From contig JALOBK010000001.1 of assembly GCA_023228325.1 (NCBI GenBank), positions 1,094,133 to 1,158,132 of the forward strand: a DNA stretch of 64,000 nt, given 5' to 3'. Positions within the stretch are counted from its first letter, which is position 1; every line of letters starts with the position of its first letter. The position numbers and the translations under genes were made by a program. The notes below the pieces were generated by a model, which saw nothing but the letters and a program-made list of their open reading frames with translations, made no database searches and was not told the DNA's origin. Source of the DNA: a bacterium (GTDB taxonomy: Bacteria > Auribacterota > UBA6266). This document shows positions 39,437 through 48,300 of the stretch, piece after piece.

Positions 39437-41245
39437 ATGAAGAAAGCTTTTATATCCGTTATTTTAGTTTGCGTCGTCCTGTCGGTTTGTTTTGCCGCCG
39501 CAAGAAAATCAAAATTCAGCGGCAGGGATACCGAAGGCGTTGAAAAAACAACGTTGGAAGAAAGCCGGCGGATTGCTGAAATACCGCAGGATCAGGATAT
39601 AAAAGCCGAAGAGCCGGAGATGCCGGGCTCCTATGTCAAAAAAGCATGGGACAGCCCGGGCCTGTGGGTTGTAGGGACCGACGGTAAAAGTTCGATTGTG
39701 ATAAATCCGTGCGAATCCGGTTACGGACAGGGGCTTGAAATAAAGTATGAGCTCAAAAAAGGGGGCGGTTGGGTACAGTTCAACAAAAAGATATCCTCCG
39801 GTTTTTCCGAAAAAAGACCTTTCGCCTTTTTGATCAAAGCGAAAGCGGCCGGAGATATGGAGATAAAATTTATAGATAAGGACGGTTCGACATTCTGGAG
39901 AAAAATAAAACTGGACAATAATTATAAGGATTGGCAACGCATTGTAGTATACAGCGATACCCTGGAATATGCGTGGGGGGGCGATGATAATCTTGACGCT
40001 CTTTCGGAAATTTCTATCGCGTTTTCGGGAAGGGGGAAGGGGACGGTTTGGCTTGACGAGACAGGGTTTTGGAAAGAAGGACTTCCCGCGTCTTTTCCGC
40101 CTTCCGGGCCCATTATTGACCCCGACAGCGGACTTCCGGGCATAGGAGAGAGGCAGAGAAGATCGGAAAAACTTATACCTGAAGAGACACTTGTCATGGA
40201 ATGGCTTAAAGTCATCCAGGATACATCCTCTCCCGAAAAACAGCTCCTGCCTTCAATGGAGGGCAATCAGGCGCAGACTTTCAATAATGCGCTTGTCGCC
40301 ATGGCATTTATACTTAAGGGAGAAAAGGAAAGGGCGGAGAGGATACTCGATTTTTTCTCTGATATGACCTTTGAAGCAAATCCATGTCCGTTAATACAGA
40401 ACTTTTTCTATAAAAGCGAACCGAGAGGGTTTTTCCAGTTTGTCGTGCTTGCCGAATCAGGCGGAACGCCCGCGTATCATAACCCCGGCTCCAGTGACAG
40501 GTGGATGGGAGATATGGCATGGCTTCTTATCGCGTATAAATACTATGAGAAGGCATATTCTTCCGACAGGTATAAGAAGATAACGGTGCTTTTGAAGGAG
40601 CTGCTTAAATCGTGGTATAAGGCGGAAGACAGCGCCAGCGGTTATGTCCGGCACGGATGGCGCAGCGGCGACAGCAGCCTGCATGAAAACCATGGCCACC
40701 CGGAAGGCAATATTGATTGTTATGCCGCTTTTCTTTTATGCGGGGAAACCGATTACGCTAAAAAAATCAGAAAGTGGCTGGATAAATCAGTAAAGGGAAA
40801 AAGCCTTCCTCTCGATTTATATACATGGAGAGTGCTTGCGTTCGGCAGTGATTATGCCGGCCTGCTGAATATCCCCGAATATGACCTGAGATACCGGAAG
40901 ACGGTGGATTTTAACGGGAAGAAAGCCATGGGCTTTTATCATTCTCCGGATATAGAAATAAATAATGTCTGGCTTGACGGGACAGGGCATATTGCCTGCG
41001 CCTTTATTTCCTGCGGAGACAAACAAAGAGGATATTTTTACGCGAATGAGATGGATAAATTCATAATAAGCAGAAAAATAGATAATATTACGCTTAAAGC
41101 ACTTCCTTATACATCCGATAAATCGGGCGGCTTCGAATGGGTAAGACAGGACAGAGGTTTTATATCCGTTGCCGCGTGGTATATATTTGCCAAAAACGGT
41201 TTTAATCCCCTGACGTTGAAACAGACAGCGGTTGAATCGCAGTAG
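39437..41245 (+). CDS. Exported protein: CBM11/CIA30-like domain + (alpha/alpha)6 glycosidase-like domain
   Basis: Signal peptide; beta-sandwich (YELKKGGGW...WQRIVV...GTVWLDE); helical domain with TFNNAL, GDMAW, EGNIDCYA, WLDGTG, LPY, GFNP. Confidence 0.6.
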   Translation: MKKAFISVILVCVVLSVCFAAARKSKFSGRDTEGVEKTTLEESRRIAEIPQDQDIKAEEPEMPGSYVKKAWDSPGLWVVGTDGKSSIVINPCESGYGQGLEIKYELKKGGGWVQFNKKISSGFSEKRPFAFLIKAKAAGDMEIKFIDKDGSTFWRKIKLDNNYKDWQRIVVYSDTLEYAWGGDDNLDALSEISIAFSGRGKGTVWLDETGFWKEGLPASFPPSGPIIDPDSGLPGIGERQRRSEKLIPEETLVMEWLKVIQDTSSPEKQLLPSMEGNQAQTFNNALVAMAFILKGEKERAERILDFFSDMTFEANPCPLIQNFFYKSEPRGFFQFVVLAESGGTPAYHNPGSSDRWMGDMAWLLIAYKYYEKAYSSDRYKKITVLLKELLKSWYKAEDSASGYVRHGWRSGDSSLHENHGHPEGNIDCYAAFLLCGETDYAKKIRKWLDKSVKGKSLPLDLYTWRVLAFGSDYAGLLNIPEYDLRYRKTVDFNGKKAMGFYHSPDIEINNVWLDGTGHIACAFISCGDKQRGYFYANEMDKFIISRKIDNITLKALPYTSDKSGGFEWVRQDRGFISVAAWYIFAKNGFNPLTLKQTAVESQ

Positions 41246-41298
41246 AGGCAATACCTTCCGATAATCTTTTTCCGTTTTATTGGAAAAATCCTTCCGAG

Positions 41299-41336
41299 AT
41301 GATATAATTTTAAATTAAATTTTAATTTTATATCAT
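41299..41336 (+). promoter_or_regulatory. Extended -10 promoter overlapped by dyad symmetry, upstream of the glucan operon
   Basis: TGA-TATAAT at 41300-41308; inverted repeat ATGATATAA(41299-41307)/TTATATCAT(41328-41336). Confidence 0.55.
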
Positions 41337-41340
41337 AAGG

Positions 41341-44300
41341 TTGATAATGAGCATATTGCGTTTTGTCCGGCAGGCAACCCAAAAGGTGTTTTTTATTTAT
41401 GTCTTTTTCACTGTCTGTCTGCCGGTATCTTTTTCGGAAGACGGCGGGATACAGGATGAAATCGCTTTTCTTGAAAAAGTTGCCCTCGGCAGCGGACCCC
41501 ATGTCATAGACGGCATAGACTATAACGACCTTTCCATACAGGATGCGATAAAAAGGCTTTATGAAACAGACAGGGAAATCGCCATACAGAAATTTATAAT
41601 AAAGCAGGCGGAATTAGAGATTAAAAAGACAAAAGTATCCGCGTTTTTCCCGACAATTACCGCTGTGGCCGGAATAAGCGCTCCCGTAGACCTTTTTTAT
41701 GAAATAAGCAACGCGAGAGGCGCTTATCTGGGCCAGCGCCTGAACATAGCGTATAAATTCGACTCGGACCTTCTTGACCGTATAAATGCGGTGGAAAGAA
41801 ACAGGGAAACTGAATTAACGGCATTAATTTCCACATTTAAAGACCGATTTATAACACTTATGGAAACATACCTTAACCTCTCGCTGTCGCAGAAGGAACT
41901 GGTTGTTTGCGTTGAAAGTTATAAAGAAGCCAAAAGCCAGCTTGAAAAAATGAGGAAAGACCCTAAATATACACGGTTGGACATTTTAAAAGCTGAATAC
42001 AATATAACCCCTTTTTTTAAAGAGGCTCTTGCCGCCTGCAAAAGATACAAGGATGTGCAGAGGGATATTAAAATTATCCTGGGCTTTGACGGATATGAAA
42101 CCCTTATAATAAAAGTTTCCGATTTTCCCGAGACCCTTGAAGAAGCCAGGAACATGGTTTTAGATGAGCACCTGCGTCAGCCTGAATGCAGCATCGATGT
42201 CCTGAAAAAACAATATGAACTCGCGAAAGCCGAAACAAAATTAGATTACCGCCCTCTGCTTGAGCTTATCGCGGCGTCTACGGGAACGATGGAACAGGAT
42301 ACGATCAAAGATACACCCGCGACTTACAGAGCCACGTCTTCGCTGGTATTGAATCTTTTCGTGACCGATTTCGGTTATTCCGACAGCTGTAAAAAGTTCA
42401 GCAGGGTTAACGCCGATATAGCCGAAGCGAATGTCCGGGTGGAAAATGATGCTATAGAGAGGGATAATTTCGAGAGAAACAGCAAAATCAGGGAATTTTC
42501 CACCGCATTCGAGGCAATTACCGAATTTATTGCGGGAACAGAGGAAATCGTTGCGTTAATGAAGGAAAGGATAGAGCTTCCAATAGAAGAATTGCTTAAA
42601 AAGAATGAGCAGCTTTTGACCGCAAGACTGCTTTTGCGGCAGCTGCTGAGAGATTACACTTATAATTACATGATGATTTCCAGGGAGAACCCGGAAGAAA
42701 CACTTTCTTCTCCCCCATTCCAAAACATGACATTCGAAGATATCCTTGACCTGGCGGAAAGTAATAAGACGCCGGAAGAACTTGCAATGGAAAAAAATGT
42801 TGAACTGCAGATGATTAACCTTAAAATGGCCAGATGTTTCAACAACCCCGTTCTGAAAGGCGGGGTAGCCGTTGAAAACGAATCTTATGCCACCGGGGAG
42901 AAAACCAATACCACAAAAGCGTTTATAAGCGTCGAAGGCAAATTTTTTGATATAGGCCAGCAATATATGATAGAGGAGGCAAAAGCCAACCTTGAAGCGG
43001 CAAAAGATAGATTACAGATTTACAGGAACAGGAAGTATATTGAGCTGATAAACAACTTTGTCAAGATTATCCAATATAAAAGACAGACGGAATTCATTCA
43101 GAAAATCATGGGATTGAAAGAATCCGTTATTGATGATATGAGTGAAGATAAAAGCGGAGAATACCCCAAATATGAAGCAATAAATATCAAACCCCTTGTA
43201 TTGGAACAGCTCGAAGCGAACATTAACCTTGCAGGGGCGGAATGCAATCTGTTCATCTGTGAATATAACCTGAAGAAATTAGCCGGTATACCGCTAAGCG
43301 AGAAGATATCGCTTCAGGAAGAGCTGTTATTCGACGGGGAGAGCGGGACGGAGAAATTTCTTGATACAATCAGAAAAAAAATACTTCCTTTCTACGATTC
43401 CGGAGCTGGTATAAGCGCGGCATTGAATACCGTGAACGCGTTTAAGGCGGCGGAGATAAAGCAAACCGCATTCCGGGGTTTTAGCTGTCAGTTCCTTACA
43501 GAGTTCAGGGGAGAGGACCTCAGGGGTTTTAGAAATCCCGACATGATAACCGCTTTTATCTGTTCGGTCCCCTTCGGAGGCAATGATATAAGGAACATAG
43601 AAAAGTCCGGGCAGGAGAAAAACAGGTTTGATGCGGAGCTTGAATATGCGGAGGCGCTTAAAGAACTTGATGAAATGAGAACAACTGTCGGAATCAGATC
43701 CAGAGAAGATAAACTGTCCCTGAGAAGGATGAAACTTGACAGGCTCAACCTTGAAGCCCAGCACAGGCTGACAGAGAAGCTTGTGGAACTCGGGACAAAA
43801 CAGAAGAGAGAACAGATGGAATCCGAAATGAGGCTTGTCGCGCTTGACATTCAGATGGATACGGCTCTTCAGGATTATATTTACAACGAGTCTTTAAACG
43901 GGTTTCTTTCCGAAATGGACGAGAATATTTTTCAAGACAGAGGGACTTTCATAATTTCCGGGTTGCCGAACGCGCTTGCCCTTGCCATGGAAACGAGCGA
44001 TGAATTGAAAAGCCTGAAAAACAAGCTTGGCTCTGAAGAAGATATAATGAATTATATAAATTCGTTTTATTTCTCCGGAAGCGTTAAAACCAATTACGTG
44101 GAAGAAAAGATAAAAGGGGAGGCCGGGAAGGAAACCAAAATAGAGTCGTTTGTTTTTATCGGGACAATAGATGCCGAAGTCAATTTCATCAGCAGCCTGA
44201 TGAAAAAAGAACAGGAAATGAAAGTCGAAATGGGCAAGCTTGAAGTCGAAAGGGCAAAATTTGACATCGCGCAGGATGTAATAGGAGCCTATACCGATTA

Positions 44301-45312
44301 TCTTAAATCAATGGCGGTCTTATCCGCGGTCAATGAAAGATATTATAAGGAAAAAGAAACACTCGACAGCATAGAGGAACAGATGAAGTCCGGGATAAAA
44401 ACACGGATGGAGTATTTAAAACAGGAACAGGTCATAAGCCTGATTCAGGCGAAACTCCTTGATTCCAAAGAAACAGCCGACAGCAATAAAAAACACCTTG
44501 AAATCGCGGTGGGTTCTCTCGACCCCAGATTTTCGGTAATGAACCTTGAGATATTCGATAAAGACAGAAATGTCATTATACCGACAGATCCCGAAATGAT
44601 AAGATTGAAACTTGACCGGGAAATTGACGCTGTCAGGGAATCCCTTGTCGGCCCGCTTATTATAACCGAATCGAAATACGGGGAATTTTCGGAAGAAGCA
44701 TCGAAGTACGCGACCAGGGCGGCAGCCAAAAGAATAAGGTCGCTGTTAATAAGCGTTAATTATTCTTATCTCACCAATTCGCTTTCCGAGATAGGCGATT
44801 TTGAGGAAGAAGTGCTGGACCTGCCTTTGCTTACCGAGGAATCAGTCCAGGAGTTTAAGGAATTTGTGAATGCAAGCGCGTCCCTGGTGCTTTATGACCC
44901 GGGAACGGGGTTGTCCGGCAAGATTGAGTCCGTTGAAGAAAAAATCACGGCTTTGAAAGCGCAGGATGATATCATCGAAAGGGTACAGGGCGCTCAGATG
45001 CTGCTTGATACTTATGATACGGCTTTACGGGATTTTAATTATGCGGTAAAAAACCTTTCCGGGATTGAGCACGAAATGGAGAACAGGTTTGACGACATAA
45101 GGAGAACGGGGAAAATGGACCTTACGGAAGAGCTGAAAGTGCTCGGCATGCTTCTCCAGATGAAGATAGAGAGAATAGAGTCTTTCTATGGGATAGTCGC
45201 GGCATCCAACCGGATTGATCAATACCTCAGGAAATATGTTAATAAGGGCTTAGACGAGATATTGCAAACGGCGGAACCAAAAAAAAATGAAGATATTGCA
45301 TTTGCCGAGTGA
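41341..45312 (+). CDS. Large TolC/OEP-family outer membrane protein, apparently three tandem TolC-sized units
   Basis: Signal peptide; OEP-like starts at about aa 63, 463 and 874; amphipathic helices alternating with short beta strands; start may be ATG 41347. Confidence 0.65.
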   Translation: MIMSILRFVRQATQKVFFIYVFFTVCLPVSFSEDGGIQDEIAFLEKVALGSGPHVIDGIDYNDLSIQDAIKRLYETDREIAIQKFIIKQAELEIKKTKVSAFFPTITAVAGISAPVDLFYEISNARGAYLGQRLNIAYKFDSDLLDRINAVERNRETELTALISTFKDRFITLMETYLNLSLSQKELVVCVESYKEAKSQLEKMRKDPKYTRLDILKAEYNITPFFKEALAACKRYKDVQRDIKIILGFDGYETLIIKVSDFPETLEEARNMVLDEHLRQPECSIDVLKKQYELAKAETKLDYRPLLELIAASTGTMEQDTIKDTPATYRATSSLVLNLFVTDFGYSDSCKKFSRVNADIAEANVRVENDAIERDNFERNSKIREFSTAFEAITEFIAGTEEIVALMKERIELPIEELLKKNEQLLTARLLLRQLLRDYTYNYMMISRENPEETLSSPPFQNMTFEDILDLAESNKTPEELAMEKNVELQMINLKMARCFNNPVLKGGVAVENESYATGEKTNTTKAFISVEGKFFDIGQQYMIEEAKANLEAAKDRLQIYRNRKYIELINNFVKIIQYKRQTEFIQKIMGLKESVIDDMSEDKSGEYPKYEAINIKPLVLEQLEANINLAGAECNLFICEYNLKKLAGIPLSEKISLQEELLFDGESGTEKFLDTIRKKILPFYDSGAGISAALNTVNAFKAAEIKQTAFRGFSCQFLTEFRGEDLRGFRNPDMITAFICSVPFGGNDIRNIEKSGQEKNRFDAELEYAEALKELDEMRTTVGIRSREDKLSLRRMKLDRLNLEAQHRLTEKLVELGTKQKREQMESEMRLVALDIQMDTALQDYIYNESLNGFLSEMDENIFQDRGTFIISGLPNALALAMETSDELKSLKNKLGSEEDIMNYINSFYFSGSVKTNYVEEKIKGEAGKETKIESFVFIGTIDAEVNFISSLMKKEQEMKVEMGKLEVERAKFDIAQDVIGAYTDYLKSMAVLSAVNERYYKEKETLDSIEEQMKSGIKTRMEYLKQEQVISLIQAKLLDSKETADSNKKHLEIAVGSLDPRFSVMNLEIFDKDRNVIIPTDPEMIRLKLDREIDAVRESLVGPLIITESKYGEFSEEASKYATRAAAKRIRSLLISVNYSYLTNSLSEIGDFEEEVLDLPLLTEESVQEFKEFVNASASLVLYDPGTGLSGKIESVEEKITALKAQDDIIERVQGAQMLLDTYDTALRDFNYAVKNLSGIEHEMENRFDDIRRTGKMDLTEELKVLGMLLQMKIERIESFYGIVAASNRIDQYLRKYVNKGLDEILQTAEPKKNEDIAFAE

Positions 45313-45324
45313 TTTTAGAAATTT

Positions 45325-48300
45325 ATGAAAAGTAAAAAAATAAGTTATCTTTTTTCAGGTGTTTTATTTGTCCTGCTTACGGCGGCTTTTTGCGATTTAT
45401 ATGTTTTTGCCACCGAGGCCCGCAGGAAAACCGCAGTCAGCAAATGTGATATTATCGCTAATCCGCTTGCCGATGTGACGCAGAGGGATGAAATGTTAAG
45501 GCCGGGGGAAATAACTTCGTTTCTTCTTGAGTGCCGGTATCCCGTTACAGGTCTTATCCCTACTGAAATATCAACTGAAGGGGTAGCCAATATACACAGA
45601 GGCCAATCTTCAACGTACGCCTCCGCCGTTGCCCAGCAGATATTGCTCATGAGCGGGAAGACCGAAGAAGCGGAAAAGATGGCCGAGACAATGAGAAGCC
45701 TCGAAGAAAAAAGGAATATCCCCAATACGGTTGACCTGGTAAGCGGCTTGAGTTCCGATTTTTACACTACCGCAGGCCCCAATGCTTTTTGGGGGATCGG
45801 TTTTTTGAAAGAATACCATTTTACAAAAGAGCAGAAATGGCTTGATGCGGCCGTTAAAATCGCGGATTTTCTCATATCCCTGCAGAGTATTGACGGAGGA
45901 ATAAGAAAAGATCCCAATCCTTTGAATGCCGAGTACCGCGTGAAATCCACTGAAGAAAATATGGACTGTTATGCTTTCTTTAAGATGCTTTTCAGTGTTA
46001 CGGGGGATAATAAATATGAAAGGACTGCCGGAAAAATTCTTCAGTGGCTCGCGCAAAGCGGTGTTTACAACAGGAAACAGGGTTTTTTTTCCATAGGCAC
46101 TTTCAACAATGTTGTTGACCCGACATACGGGCTTGATGTCAACGCGCTGGCTATTATTATACTTGGGCCCGAAATGCTTAATGCCGGGGAAGGAAAGGTT
46201 GTATTCGAAGGCCGGGATACAGCCGGAAAAGTCGTTGAAAGTTTTGAAAAAGCGCTTGTTACCGTTGATTATATGCATCCTGACGGAACGGAAATAAAAG
46301 GGGTTACGGGTTTTGATTTCACCGATAAATTAGGGAGAGGAGGCAGGCAGGAAATAATAACCCCCGAGTTCAGTTCACAGACAGCGCTCGCGTATATGGT
46401 GATGGCTGTTTATGAATTGAACAGGAATAATACTCAGAAAGCCGTATCTTATTCGCATAAGGCAAAGGGGATACTTGAAAATCTTTCCATAATGGCTGCC
46501 CGGAGAGAAGAAACAGCGTCTCTTCCTTATGCGACTCTTCCGAGGATAAGGAGATTCGGTTTTGATAACTGGTTTACTCCGTCGGCGGAAGCGAATATTT
46601 CTTCCTGCTGGGTTGCTTTCCCTCTTGCCGGATACAACCCGTTTGAATTGGACGGGTTTAAAATAAGGGATTCCATCGAGAGAATTGCGCCATGGGTTGT
46701 TGATTTTGGAAAGATAAAGGCATCTCTGAATATGTTCCCGCAGTTTATCGAGACTAACCCGCCGCCGGAGATTGCCCTTTCGGCCTACAGGGAAGCGGTC
46801 CGCGAAGACGATGTGCCTGAAAGGCCGTTTATATATTACAAAATACTTTATGAAAAGTCGCTTATGGATTATCTTCTCGCGAAATCAAGGCTTGAATCGG
46901 TGCTGATGACGAGTTACAGCGCATGGGTTGACGGTTTGATAGATATATCGGAAGCGGGGTATGATGCGCTGGAAATCACCCGGGACGGGAAGCTGGTAAA
47001 GAAAAAAACATATGAGATTTCTCCCGACATCAGGAAAATACTTGAGGAAGAATACCTTTATTTCGATGAATTGACCGGCAGCCAGTGGATGAAAGCCATT
47101 AAATATAACCTGGACATTGATTATTCAAAAGGCACCAATTACGCTTTCGAAGTGGACGGGGATTATAATATTGTAAGGCAGTTCAGGACAGAACGGGATG
47201 TCCCGCAGTCAAACAGGGAAGATTTAAAAGATAATACGGTGGAATTCAAGTCGGTACGGGGGCTGCCTGAAGGGCATATTATCATGAGATATTGCACCGC
47301 CGTGGAACTCGATGAAAACAACAGGGTGGTGGATGCCTATGAAAGCGTCGACGACCTGCCCGCTATGGTGGCGAAAGTGCCGATAAACGAGCAGACGTAT
47401 ATAAGATTCAATAATGCGGAGGGGCAGGAAAGAAGAAAATTGCTTGAATCCGGGATAATCCCTTTTTTCGACGGAACACTTGCCATGCGCGAAGAAGGCA
47501 ATTTTTACTATACACAAGTTCTTGCCCTTGACACGTCCCGCCGCCTGTTTTCAAGGACTTATTCAAGAGACAGGGGCACCGATATTGTCGTTGGGACAAG
47601 GTTGCTGCTGGCTGACTGGGAAGTTGACAAGAGAACAAAAATCAATTCGGTGAAATATGAAAAAGGCCTTGTTGACGGTATGGCTATGACGATTAAACGC
47701 CCGTTGATAGGGGAAAAACCCCTTAAGACAGAACCCTTATGGATATTGCTCGGGAAAGATGCCCGTGACGAGGAAATACAGAACCTGAAAAATATCCAGG
47801 CGGGTTTGATTGAGAAAATCGACAGGGAAGCGGACGCGCAGGTCAGGCAGTCTTTTATCAAGGAGTTTGACCGTCTTAATACCGAGATGTTCTGGCTTGA
47901 CGAGAAAGGATATCTTCATACCATAAGCCATGGGTTAAAGGGAGCCGAAAAACTTTTAAAAGAAATAGAGAAGGCGAAAATCAAAGCGGATGCGTCTCCA
48001 AAAGAATACTTTTCCGTTTTAGGGAGAGATCTCGGCGGAAGAGATTACCGTGATGTGTACGGCCTTGTATGGATAGGCGTAAGGGATAAGAAAAGCGGGA
48101 ATATGCTGCAGGTCGAAACTTATGATATAGCGGGAAACCTGAAGTTCATTCTTGCGGGGAATATCCATATTGACCCTCTTACCAAGAATGTTATCGCGGA
48201 GACCAGAACGGATATTTTATACGATGAAGATTCCGGTCAGATGATAGGAAGCCATACATATGCGATAGATATAGAGGGTAACTGGGTTACGGATATTTCG

